In this document: in pieces, positions 26,831 to 39,993 of the stretch
How the letters are laid out: every line of letters starts with the position of its first letter
Position numbering within the stretch: position 1 is the stretch's first letter
Source: Octopus vulgaris
Lineage: Eukaryota
Direction: 5' to 3'
Length of the DNA: 64,000 bases
Assembly (NCBI GenBank): GCA_951406725.2
Contig: OX597814.1
Span: forward strand, 98,332,001-98,396,000
Notes under the pieces: model-generated
Database searches by the model: none
Told to the model about the DNA's origin: nothing
What the model saw: only the letters and a program-made list of their open reading frames with translations
Translations under genes and position numbers: made by a program

Positions 26831-27698
26831 GTCTGCATCTTGTAAGTCGGCCATTTCTTCTAAGATGTCCTTCAGAACCTACTCCACTTGACATATAGGT
26901 GTTATTTCTGTTCACCTGCTCTTGCGCGAGACTCATTTAAAATAAACAGTTTTTTCCCTTCATTTCCTACAATTGAGGAGGCACCTCAAATTTTATGATT
27001 TTTTTGGCATGGGCCAATTCTTTTGCTTTTTTTAAGGGTCAGCGGAAACATTTCTTTTTTTAAGTTGGCCACGTCGTCAAACTTTTAAGGACTGGTAGAC
27101 TTGTTTTTGTCGGTATCCTTCGCGTTAATTATCTTTGTTGTTGTTTTTGTAATTTCTGTTTCGCAGTTGTCAATAGTCGTCGCCATGGTGTTACTTTTAT
27201 TTCTGATTTATTCACACACTCTCTCTCTTGTCTGTCTTCGCATTCGTGCTGTTACTGCTGCTGATTTCACATGCTTCGTGAGCTCTCACATCCCATAGTC
27301 TGTTGTTGTTGTTGTAGCTGGGAGTGAGTGACATGAGGGAGGGGGTAGACTTCTCCTGTGGGCGGGCTAGTGGGAGGAACGGCTTTCCCACTCAATGCTC
27401 CACTGATGGCCACTGATGCTGGTGGTAATTATGGTGATGACGACGCCATCTTGTATGTTTATGTTTTTACACAAGATGGGGCGTTTTCTGAATGCAATAG
27501 ATAATTAAATAAATAAATACTGCCCTTTACGGGGTAGAAACAACCACTGAGCATCTGCCAAGAAGTTCTTGGTATTCTTATTGTCAGTTTATAACAAAAA
27601 TTAATAACATACTTGTAACAAAAGGGTGAAAACATAGAAAGCCTAACTTACGAAGCGTGTTCGAAAAAATGCTTTACGTATTTTAAGCATTCTGCAGC

Positions 27699-27759
<61 letters not shown>

Positions 27760-27764
<5 letters not shown>

Positions 27765-28209
27765 GTGATAATAATGCAGTACCAGGCAGTGAGGTGGAAG
27801 AGATCACAAGAGAACTGGAAAAGAAAGACCAGGCAGTAGGAAAGACAAACAACAACATAAGAGATACAGATCAAACCAAAGAAGAACCTAAAGGAAAAGA
27901 ATAATAATAGCACTACCAATGAGGAAGGGACAATTGGTACCAGCAATTTAAGTGAGGAAGTTCAGAAGATTTTAGATGAGTTGCAGAAAGTAATGAGTAA
28001 AGAAGTAAGAAAAAGATTGCCAGCACTAAAAGGTATCAATAGAAGGAAGCTGGATATGACTAGGTAAGTAGATTGCTTACCAACCACATGGTTCCGGGTT
28101 CAGTCCCACTGCCTGCACCTTGGGCAAGTGTCTTGTACTATAGCCTCGGGCCGACCAAAGTCTTGTGAGTGGATTTGGTAGACGGAAACTGAAAGAAGCA
28201 CGTCGTATA

Positions 28210-28246
<37 letters not shown>

Positions 28247-29275
28247 GTGTGTGTGTGTGTTTGTGTGTTTGTGTGTCTGTGTTTGTCCCCCCAACATCGC
28301 TTGACAACCGATGGTGGTGTGTCTACGTCCCCGTAACTTAGTGGTTCGGCAGAAGAGACCGATAGAATAAGTACTACGCTTACAAAAGAATAAGTCATGG
28401 GGTCGATTTGCTCGACTAAAGGCAGTGCTCCAGCATGGCCACAGTCACATGACTGAAACAAGTAAAAGAGTAAGGAATGATTAGAAAAGAGTAAATGTGG
28501 AAATGGATATTACAAAATTAGTGAACACTTTAAGACAAGATCTGAGTAGAACAGACACCTGGAAACTGAACAAGTTAGGAAACACAGGTTTTAAATCTTC
28601 TCTCGAGAAAAGATATTTAGTCAAAGAGAAAGGATTTGCGATAGTCATGCATAGAAGAATCGAAACAACGTATCATAGCAGTTGCAGGTAAACTTTGCAG
28701 ATACCAGAAAACAATAAATCAGTATCAACAGAATAGATTACTTGAGACTGGCCAGAGGAGATTTTTATAACTAAAATGTAGAAGAAAGTTGAGAAAACAA
28801 ATGCAGAAGAAGCTAGAAATTTCTGGAGTAATATTTGGGATAAACTAGTCAATCATATTTCAGATGCAGTGTGGTTAAAGGAAGTGAGGGAAGAAATAGT
28901 GAGTGAGAAGCAGCCAGACCTAAGATTAACTAGTGCATTAATGAGTAAAGTGTTAGAAAAAATGCCGAATTAGAAGGGTCCATGACCAGATTTAGTTCAA
29001 GGGAACTGGTTAAAGGAATTTAGTAGTTTACATGGGAGGTTGAGGGAACAACTTCAGGATTGTCTTAATGGAGGAATAATACGGAATTGGATGACTATCG
29101 GGAGAACAATATGCCTTATGAAAGATAAATGCAAAGGTAATACAGTTAGCAATTATAGACCAGTCACTTGCTTATAATTAGTGTAGAAACAGCTAACAGG
29201 AATGTTTTCAGAAAGCATTTACAAGTACCTTGACAACCAGAATTTACTACCAAAAGATCAGAAAGGTAGTAGGAA
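27760..29275 (+). pseudogene. R4/Dong-like N-terminal region and start of RT, interrupted by a SINE
   Basis: WMTIGRTICLMKDKCKGNTVSNYRPVTCL...NQNLLPKDQKGSR with many stops. Confidence 0.8.
28064..28472 (+). mobile_element. SINE family B, 5'-truncated
   Basis: Near-identical to 6490-6968. Confidence 0.9.
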
Positions 29276-29610
<335 letters not shown>

Positions 29611-30220
29611 TTAGAACAGAAATTATCTGATTGGCAGGAGCAGGCGTTGAATGGTAGATTCCCAAATATAGTTGCAGTAAATAATAGTAGTGAGACATGG
29701 TTATCGTTGCAGAAAAGGAAGGCTGAAAAGAGAGACAGAATATTTGTTAGTAGTAGATCAAGCATTAAGAACTAACTGGATAAAAACCAAGATAGACAAA
29801 AACCAAGTAGATTCCCAATGTAGGTTATGCAGATTAAAAGGGATAATTGTGACTCATATAGTAAGTGAATGTAACATGCTGGCACAGAAAGAATACAAGA
29901 AAAGACATGACAACCCAGGAAGAGTTATCCACTTGGAGTTATGTTGAAAGATAGAATTTGAACACACTGATAAATGGTATGAACATGAACCTAGTAAAGT
30001 ACTAGAAAGTAAGAAATATAAGATGTTGCGGGTCTTTAACATTCAGACTGACCGAATACTAGAAGCTAGAAGGCCTGATTTAGTAGTAACAGATGAAGAG
30101 AATAGAAAGTGCCAAGTAATTGACTTTACATGAAAAAAATCAATATGAGAAAAAATAGTAAAGTACCTGGACCTAGCTATTGAATTTCAGAGACTCAAGA
30201 AATTGCGGATAAAATGAGTC
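29611..30220 (+). pseudogene. R4/Dong-like C-terminal CCHC and RLE region
   Basis: LKRETEYLLVVDQALRTNW...CRLCR...THIVSEC...YKKRHDN; ARRPDLVV. Confidence 0.85.
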
Positions 30221-30239
30221 TGTTGTGTATATAATAATA

Positions 30240-30327
<88 letters not shown>

Positions 30328-30374
30328 TAATAATAATAATTCATTCTCTAATTTTTCTCGGGGTGGGGTAATTA

Positions 30375-31080
30375 TTATTAGAGAAGAAATTAGAGAAGAA
30401 TTATAAAATACGGAAGAACGGGTTTGATGCAGTATTAGAGCAATTAAAACAGAGGATCATGACAAAAATCCAGAAGATCAGAAGATTTGTGAACAGAAAT
30501 AAGCAGTTCGAGAACAGATTGTTCAAAAATAACACGAAGCAATTCTTTCAAACGTTAGAAGGAAACAATGGGGGAAAATGTTGCTCCTAATGCAAATCAA
30601 GGAGTTCTGGAGCGGATTATGGGGAAACAATGTGGTGCTTAAAAGGGATGCAATGTGGATAGGAACTATCAAGACAGAATTACAAGAACGAAAAAAGGAA
30701 TATTGTCATAAGCACGAGTGACGTCAAAGAACAAATGACTAAAGCCCCGGACCAGATGGGATTCATGACTTCTGCCTTAAGGGAGGCCACGCGGTGCATG
30801 AAAGACTAGCAGCCCAATTTAATGAGTATGTCCAGAAAGGTACTTGTGGATGGTGACTGAGAGGACAACATTTGTGATGAAAGATAGAAAAAATGGGAAT
30901 ATTGTGGGGAAACTACCGTCCTATAGCATGCCTAAACATAATCTGGAAGATACTCACTGGAATATGTGCGGCAAAGATATATACTTTCATGGCACAGGAA
31001 GACATACTACTAAGGTAACAAAATGTATGAAGGAAGATTTCTTAGGGTACCAAGGATCACCTGGTTATCTATAAAATAGG
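30375..31080 (+). pseudogene. R4/Dong-like RT N-terminal fragment
   Basis: KAPGPDGIHDF and WMVTERTTFVMKDRKNGNIVG. Confidence 0.75.
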
Positions 31081-31081
31081 T

Positions 31082-31275
31082 TTGAGGCATTGTGGTTTGT
31101 GGGGTCAACCATATCCTTCGCTCCCTTTTGTTTTAACCACACGATTATATTTTACTTTTTACATTTTTAAGACTATTATTCATACATATTTTTACTCATT
31201 CGTTCCTTGGCCCCCATTTTTTTGTCTTTGTTTTGTCTCCTCTCTATTGAACCTTTATGGTTAATAAAGAAAGAA
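31082..31275 (+). mobile_element. Isolated 3' tail resembling those of the Tx1-like ORF1-only elements
   Basis: T-rich stretch ending CCTTTATGGTTAATAAAGAAAGAAA; similar to 54905-55060 (minus) and 60560-60737. Confidence 0.55.
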
Positions 31276-31291
31276 AATATTACCAGAATGG

Positions 31292-31381
<90 letters not shown>

Positions 31382-31394
31382 TAATAATAATAAT

Positions 31395-31862
31395 AAAAGT
31401 GGTACGAGCATAAACTCGAAGGCATCATCGAAAATGATAATGAAAGCGCCTATTAGGATTTTATGATTCAGTGTGACCATGAGATAGAGAATGGGAAACC
31501 AGGTATAATGTTAATTGAGAAAGAAAGCAAACGATGCTAGCTCATAGATATGGCAAGCCCATATATATGGGAAGAAAGAAAAGTCGATAGATATGACAGG
31601 TTAACTTGGGAGGTTAAGTAGTTGTCGCCGAAAAGGTGGTAGTGTTACCAATGATTGTCAGAATATAAATCTTGAGATGTACATGGAACAAATAGGGGCT
31701 GCAATAAGGGTGGAGCACTTGCAGAAAACAGCACTGCTTGGAACGGCTCGAATAGTCCGGATGGTGCTTGAAAAATAAGGAGTGTTACCTTAGTTCACTG
31801 TTAGTGAACACCTGGCACCGTAGTACATCTCCAGCGTTAGAAGCTGTGCAAAGACACTAAAT

Positions 31863-31895
<33 letters not shown>

Positions 31896-31908
31896 AATAA
31901 TAATAATG

Positions 31909-32007
<99 letters not shown>

Positions 32008-32580
32008 TTAATAATATAAGCGACACCACGACAATGTAGCCAGGCTTGTCCATTGGACACTTTGCAACAAGTATGGACTTGACGGAGCAAAAAATTGGTA
32101 CGTTCGCAAACCCAAAGGCATAATCGAAAATGATAATGCAAAAACCCTATGGGATTTTATGATTCAGTGCGACCAAGAGATAGAGAATAGGTAGCCAGAC
32201 ATAGTCTTAATTGAGAAAGAAAGCAAACTATGCTGGATAATAGATATAGCATGTCCAGCAGACAACAAGGTATGCGATATGGAAGAAAGAAAAGTCGAGA
32301 GATATGACAGGTTAGCTTGGGAAGTTAAGCAGTTGTGGTCGACGAAAATGGTGGTAACAGGGAACAGTGAGCAAAAATCTCGAGTAGCACATGGAAAAAA
32401 ATAGGGGCTGCAATAAGGGTTGAGCACTTGCAGAAAACAGCACTCCTTGGAACCGCTCGAATACTCCGGAAGGTGCTCGAAAAATAAGAGGTGTTACCTT
32501 AGTTGACTAGTAAACAGCTGACACCGTAGTCCATCTCCAGTGTTAGAAGCTGTGCAAAGGCAATAATAATAATGATGATG

Positions 32581-32640
<60 letters not shown>
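31395..32640 (+). mobile_element. Two tandem 3' ends of an R4/Dong-like element, each followed by (TAA)n
   Basis: LWDFMIQCD..IENR*PDIVLIEKE...IIDIACP...LQKTALLGTARILRKVLEK; two related copies at 31395-31858 and 32015-32560. Confidence 0.85.
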
Positions 32641-32644
<4 letters not shown>

Positions 32645-33549
32645 TAATTTATAATTTTGGCACATAGCTAGCAACATTAGAGGCAAGGAGTTAGTCAATT
32701 ACATTGACTCCAGTAATTGACTGCTATTTCATCTTATTGACTCCGAAATAATGAAAAGTTAACTTCCGCGTGATTCGAACTTAGATTATAAAAGGCTGGA
32801 AGGAATATCACTAAGTATTTTGTTCGACGTGCTAAAAATTGTGTCAGTTCACCATCTTATAATGGCTTCAAACTTTTGTATAAGGCTAGTTATATAGTTC
32901 ATAATATTGATCCTAGTACTTGACTCATTCCTATTTTATCATTGCTAGAGGAATGAAAGACAAAGCTGAGATCAGCGGAATTTGCACTCAACGCACAAAG
33001 CATTTCATCTGATGCCTTAAGAATTCTGTCTGCTCACTCACCAGATGGTGACAGCTCACTTACCACTGAACAACAGCAGCAACAGTGGCGGCGGCAGTGG
33101 CAGCAAGATTGGCAACAACAGCTGTAACAATAATTATATCAACAATTTCCTGTAACTCAACTTGATAACTATTTGTATGTTAGTGGGTGAGAAAAAGATA
33201 TATAGGAAAGGAAGGATAGAAAGGCAGACTGTAAACAGTCGAGTTAGATGTTCGTCGGGTGTTTCAAATACTAATTCTGTCGACCACAGTGGGGTAAAAG
33301 TGGATACAGTAAGGAAATGATAGTAAAACCAAATATAAGATAAATCATTCAAATGGTCTGTTCAATATTTGTATTGATAATAATAGCACGTTTAGATCCA
33401 TCAAGATAGTCTGCTTAATATTGATATTGATAATAATAGCATGTTTTGACTTAGCACAAGAAGCGTGTTTAGTTGGGGGATACGTACAGCCAAGTGAATA
33501 GCTCCTTAATAAATTAACGGAAATTTGAGCAAATATATAAATAAAATAA

Positions 33550-33800
33550 ATGCGCCCTTTTAAAGCCTAGCCAGGCTCATGGGCTCGGTTTCCCGATTTC
33601 AATGGCGTATGTGTTCCCCAGCTGGACGGGACGCCAGTCCATCGCAGTATTACTCATTTTTGCCAGCTGAGTGGACTGGAGCAACGTGAAATGAAGTGTT
33701 TTGCTCAAGAACACAACGCGTTGCCCGGTCCAGAAATCGAAACCACAATCTTACGATCATGCTTGCTGACACCCTAACCACTAAGCCACGAACCTCCACA
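33550..33800 (-). mobile_element. tRNA-derived SINE family D
   Basis: TGGCTTAGTGGTTAGGG A box and GTTTCGATT B box; body GCGATGGACTGGCGTCCCGTCCAG. Confidence 0.85.
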
Positions 33801-33886
33801 CAGAGCAAATATATACAGAAATTAAAAGTTAAATGCAAAATATATACGCGCGTTATATAAAATCAGGACAGCGAAATACTGATCTA

Positions 33887-34323
33887 GGATGTTTTTGGTT
33901 TGAACGGCAGTTTTTAAAAATAATTTCCACGTAACTAAACACTTTTAAGCTTCGTTTACTGGTAGAATGTGTTTATAAAACATCTTTTTCTCTTGGCTTT
34001 ATTGAGAAAATTCTATAGTTTATAAGATATTTATTTGTTGTTGTTTTTTCTTCAATTTCTGCAATTTCAACCAATTAATGACGTTTATTGAGGTGAAAAC
34101 ATTCTGTGCCGTATGAATATGTCCCTCGTTTAAGAAACAGATTGGGCTTATCTACATTTCTGAAGAAAAAAAGATACCCCCCAACCCTAACCATAACTAA
34201 TCCTAACTAACCCTAACCCTAAAACAGATTGAAATGCAATAGATCGATACTAGGGGCATAATTATGGGTGGCAATTTCATATGACACCGCTAGAAAAAAC
34301 TGCCGTTCAAACCGAAAAGATCC
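33887..34323. mobile_element. MITE with ~28-bp TIRs and 8-bp TSD CTGATCTA (possibly Merlin-like)
   Basis: GGATGTTTTTGGTTTGAACGGCAGTTTTT / AAAAACTGCCGTTCAAACCGAAAAGATCC; CTGATCTA at 33879-33886 and 34324-34331. Confidence 0.85.
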
Positions 34324-34689
34324 CTGATCTAATAATTATCTATGGTCAAACCAAAACATGGGGAAACTGCAGTATTCGTGGATCATGGTATCATATTTAT
34401 TCTGGAATACGTATGTATGACTTTTTCTTTGAGTTTTATTCAAGAGAATTTAAGCCGGTCATTGACAAAGCGACAGTACATTTTTGAGTCAAAAGAGTTC
34501 CCGACGTTTGTAAATATGTGGTTGAGTTGGTGTGTTGGTTGAGCTGTCGATACACACAGCCAAGTGTGTGCATATATTCACTTAAAGATTCTCGGATAGA
34601 GAATCTTTGGAATGTCTTCCAAAAATTCACTGTGCCACTAATAGATTGGATTTGGAGATTCCAGTCAGACTTTCTTTGCAAATTCCATT

Positions 34690-35580
34690 GAGCATCACTA
34701 TTAAAATATTTGCAGATGTCATTAGGCTCCAGAAAGCCATTAACGGAGCATATGATCGAACGGTGCTTTAATCGGATCTATGCGCTGTAACCCAGTGAGC
34801 ATAAAATTACAATAAGCAGTTTACCAAAGAAAAATTTTAGCTCATCCACTTTGGAAAAGAGGGCACACTCATACTATTATATACACTAACGTCGGGAAAC
34901 CTAAGTGAGCCTTCGGATAATATCAGAGACTTAGGTGTCACTGACGACAGCAACCTTAGCTGGAGTGTTCACATCGACAAAAAAGTCGATGTTGCCCGCA
35001 GAATGTGCTCATGGATCCTCAGAACTTTTCAATCTAGGGATCATGAAACCATCATCCTTCTCTTCTCCACATTCGCTAGGCCCCACCTCGAATACTGCTG
35101 CCTATTGTGGTCCCCCTACAAAAAACAACACATAATGAGGATCGAAGCGCCACAAAGTTCAATCACTAAAAACATAAATGGTATGATGGGACTTGATTAC
35201 TGGACTCAACTTAAACAGCTGAAACGCTATTCTCTTCAACGCCGCCGTGAGTGGTACATTATTTGCACCTTGTGGGAAAAATTTCACGAATACTATCCAA
35301 ATGATATCGGTATTTTGTTTACACTTCATCCAAGACTAGGTTCTCGTGCAATGCGCCCCCTACAAAGGTCGATATAACATGACATAAGAACATTGCGACA
35401 CAACTTCTTCACTTCAAATGATCCTGCTCTTTTCAATGTTATCCCGAAAGAAATTAATGTAGAAAAGAGCCCACAACTTTCAAACGGTACCTGAACAAAT
35501 TCCTCCAGGAAATACCGGATAAACCACCCAGATCATGATGCGTCTCTACCAACAACAACTATCTGGTTGAGTGATCCATG
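34690..35580 (+). pseudogene. CR1-group LINE, RT C-terminal fragment
   Basis: IKIFAD, IRDLGV and ILRTFQSRD...RPHLEYCCLLWSPY...YSLQRRRE. Confidence 0.85.
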
Positions 35581-35640
35581 GTGTCCCGAAGTAATTACCT
35601 AAAAGACTTTTTCAGGTGGTGTTAATGAGTTAGTTATTAC

Positions 35641-35773
35641 CTAGACGTGGTTGTGTGGTAAGAAGCTTGCTTCCCACCCACATCATTCCGAGTTCAGTCT
35701 CACTAAGTGGAACCTTGGGCAGGTGTTTTCAACGATAGCCTCCGACCAACCAAAGCATTGTGAGTGGATTGTC

Positions 35774-35775
<2 letters not shown>
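35641..35775 (+). mobile_element. Partial SINE family B
   Basis: GTGGTTGTGTGGTAAGAAGCTTGCTTCCCA head. Confidence 0.7.
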
Positions 35776-35832
<57 letters not shown>

Positions 35833-38800
35833 TGGGTGGGTGTGCGTGCGTGTGTATGTGTGAATTAAAAAAAAAGTTTCTATGCGTTTGGTCTGGGTTA
35901 TTGTTCTAATATTTACGACAATCGACAAGTTTGATTTATGAGGATAATTCAGTTTTCTTTTAATCTAGACACGAAACTTCATATCTATAAGACAAAAAAA
36001 TACATAATATCACAGTCATAAATTGTTTAGAAATATGGAAATGGATAAACAGAAATGGTGCCAACCACAAATCAAAATCCTGCTCAGACTTGACTCACTG
36101 CCGATTTGCCATCGGTTTTGAAAGTCAACAATAACAACCGTTATACTAATATCTTTTACACTCGTATTTCTAGACATAAATCAAACCGTCAAGGTGATAC
36201 TGTAAGCTGTCTGTCTCAGTTAATATCATTTATTCACATACACAACAAATTAGTTCCTGAACTTAACCTCTCAAGCACATCTATTTCACTCCATTTTTGT
36301 TAAATGCAACAAACGACAAATATAGTCACAGGTTCTGACGGTGTTCTTCGACAGTGTGCTCTACTATGAGTAATACACTCTTGGATCTTACCCAATTAGT
36401 ATCTACCGTAATCTCTGGAAGCATGCAACACTTTGTCATAGTGCCATTGTCAACAACCAGCACATCACTTTCAATTTGAATACTTCATTAAATATCAGAG
36501 ATAGTTGTAAGCGACCACATCCCCTTCTGTACTTCGTGTAAGAAACAAAGAGAGAATAATTGGAACATTAATATGCTTGAACACAGGGGGCTGAAAAGGC
36601 ATGCCAAATTGCTAACAACTTCGTTGCAGATGCTGTTTTAGTGGAGATCAGACTCTTAGCAGGGTCGTCGGTCCACCAACATATGACGTTGCCGAGAATC
36701 TTCGCTGCTGGTTAAAAGTAGCTACACTGGGGCAACCGCCAAATACGTATGATCTACATTACCAAAATCGTTCGACTGATGCAGTACTTGGCAAGTGTTT
36801 TATTCTGTCGATCACGAAAGGTTGACAAGCAAAGTCAATCTTGGTAGAATTTGATTTCTAACATAAAATGTAGAACGAAAAATTGCCTGAGTTTTCTCTG
36901 ATTTTAATGACACTATTAGACTACTGTCTTTATTTATTGGCTGCAAAGGCTCTTACATATACAAAACATTAGAGAAAAAGGTTTTCAAGATGTGAAAATT
37001 TACATTTATATAGTAATAATAGGGATGTGAGCAACAAAGTAGAGTATATTGAGAGAATAAAGATTTGGGACACACGACAAAAACAATATTGAGATAAAAG
37101 CAACTCATTCACACTAGGATGGGGAGACCATCATCTAGTTAGAATCAGAGCAGCTCACGACAATGACTATTTTTCGTCCCGATCATCACTTCCAACGAAC
37201 TAAGTCCTACAAGTTTGCTCGCAGGTCATTTTTGTTTTGAGTTGGGGTGAATTATAATCATAATCACATCGTCCATAGTATCGCTCGATAATTTTATATA
37301 GCCTTGTGTTGTTGTTTTTTTACCAACAGCTGATATCATTTTATTCGATATAATCCTTCCTCATCTCCTTCCTCCCTGTCAGCTTAGTACTCATTTCATT
37401 CACCTTCAGCTTATTTAGCATTTACACCCAATTTCTGAAGCTAATTCCAACAAGCGTGTGGCCAAAACACTTCAGGTGGAGGCGTTGTGCTTTGCCAAGG
37501 ACTTTCGGCTACTATCTCACTCTATTTTTTCTAGGATCATCTTTTGCTTTCTATTGCCATTTGCTTTCCTTTTGTTACTGTTCCAGCTTGTTCCTCATCC
37601 TTCCATTTCTGTATCCCCACCATTACTGAAGACGTTTGAGTGGTTGGATATTGCTACTTTTAGCTTCTGGCTGGATATGTACAGGAGGAGCAGATATTTA
37701 AGCTTCTCAATCGTCATCATTCCCTGCTGTGACTGAAAGTGAGAAGATTTCGCTGGCCATTTCTATAGCTGGGACTACCGATGCTCTGGAAGTTTCGGTT
37801 GAACTAGTTATGATCTTCATCTATGGGATGTTATTGCTATTACTTCTGCCTCTGTTGTCTGTGACATTAATTTTTCATTTGAATTTCCTTTTCTGGAGAG
37901 AAAGCTCATTCTCAAGTGACCCTTCCACAAGAGTAGAGACTGGGTCTTCTTTGCTGCACAACCAGCCTGATTTATTTCCGCGCTCTCTGAACAGAGTAGA
38001 ATTCCAGGAAATAAATAAGGATTTCGGGTTCATTAGGACTGGGTTAACCATCAACCCCTAAATATTCACATATTATTGTGTGCCACCTCTGTGCATATCA
38101 CATACCCGTAGTGTCCTTACACAGGGGATAAGCCAAGCATCAACATCACTATCAATGTTACAAAACCTGAATCAGGGCAAGATTTGATTCTTAGATGAAA
38201 ATCTTCAAGACTATTATTATCACATTTAAGCATTTCAGTTTATTCACTTTCTAAATGTAACGGGTCGGTAGAAAACCTCTTGGATTCACAATTTTTATAA
38301 AAGTTTCAACAGCGAACTCACGGTGTACACCAGTCAAAACCATGGTAGTAATTAATACAGGGAACGATAAAGCATTAGCTAATTGAAGACACCATGATCA
38401 CTTGCCTAACTACACTAGCACCACACCAATGCCTGTCTAAAAATATAGGAGGTTCTTTTGTCGTATACTGTGATAAGGCTCACAGCCATAGTAACATCAA
38501 CAACATGGCCAAAAATAACAACTCAGGTAAATAGAGCAACAGCAATGAGTGTAACTGACTGGACGAAAGTAGACAGAAAATTCATAATGACAGAAGGGAA
38601 GATGAAAACACAACAGCTGAAATAACAAGAATAACAAGAGCAAGTAAGGAAGTTTCTACTGAACTGTCGCAAACCTCTACTTAAATAATATAATTATCAA
38701 GGTGAAAAATGTACCAATAGATATTATTAACCCATTTTATCAAAAATTGAGAAAGAAGCAGAAAGAAATTATAAGATTATTCTGTTAGGATTGCTGGCCC

Positions 38801-39993
38801 CAAACTTGGATCACAAATATGAAACAGTAGATAAAGGTTCAACATCATACCATCATGGCATATTCTGTACATAGATATTGTACCGAAAGATAAGCATGTT
38901 TACACATCTTGTAGATATGAAAACCAGTTCAAGATGTGTCGCAAAAAATTTGCGTCGTCATAGTCTTCGTGAGTAAGCAAAGAAATATATGTTAATTTGT
39001 AATTTGGTACTTTCACTCAAGGTGCACATGACTGTACACGCTATGTGTGGTATAATGCTGATGCCTCCCGCTATACTATGCTTGTCTACTGTTCTGTTTA
39101 TCTTCTCGATCTGCTTGTCTTTCTACCTCTTGTTTCAAACTGTTATACATTTTTACCCATCACCTCCCTAGATATTTTTCCTTTACAATTCTGACTACTT
39201 TAGACATTCAAAACTATCTTCACAGCCTGTATATTTTTTACATCACATCACTGCTTACTGATGCATACCCTCTAATCACTTTTCCCTTTTCCTCTTTCTC
39301 ATTCTGTTTATGTGTGAATCTGTGCTATTGTCTCTGCTTTTTGTATGTTTCTAGTCCTTGTCTATTCATTTGACTTGACCTTTGGTATGGTCGCATTTCA
39401 ACTAACCTGGATCTTGTTAAAAATCCCACTATTGCACTGTCACACATCACTTCCTCTGCTATCACACAGCTCTCACACCACTCATACAAACACCCACTAG
39501 CCACTTCTTTCTAAAAACCAACCTCATGTTACCGATTTACACTATTCTGTCTCATTAGCTACTTCGCAACCCAGATACTGCATTTTCTACTATTGTCTCT
39601 CTTTGAACAACGTCAAGTATCCGAAACGTTAGATTATTTCACTATTCACAGATAGTCATCTCACCGGCCTTTCCTATGAATTTCGTATGGACACATCAGT
39701 TCTCGTGATTAACATCGGTAAAATAGAAGAAGAATATTCTGGATATCTATCATCGGACAGTTAGTAGAGGAGAAGCAACCAACTGCCTTGTTGGTGTTAA
39801 AGTCTGTGACAACAAATTTTGAGGCATTGTTAACCTAATCATTGATAATTGGGAATATGCAGAAATCTATAGAGCAGATTGTTGTATCACATAGATAAAA
39901 CATTAGGTAGATATAGAAAAATTCCATATTTCAAGGCCTCCTTATCCATTTGCTGTCAAATATCGACCCACAATATTGAAGTAAACTTTAAAA

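Noticed and set aside
37400-38160. Short ORFs possibly from a LINE ORF1
   Set aside because: No diagnostic motif could be read with confidence
39598-39633. TCT-TTGAACA...TCC-GAAA-CGTT-AGA
   Set aside because: The 3' half fits the minimal hammerhead pattern, but the core and stem II are too decayed to call as a feature
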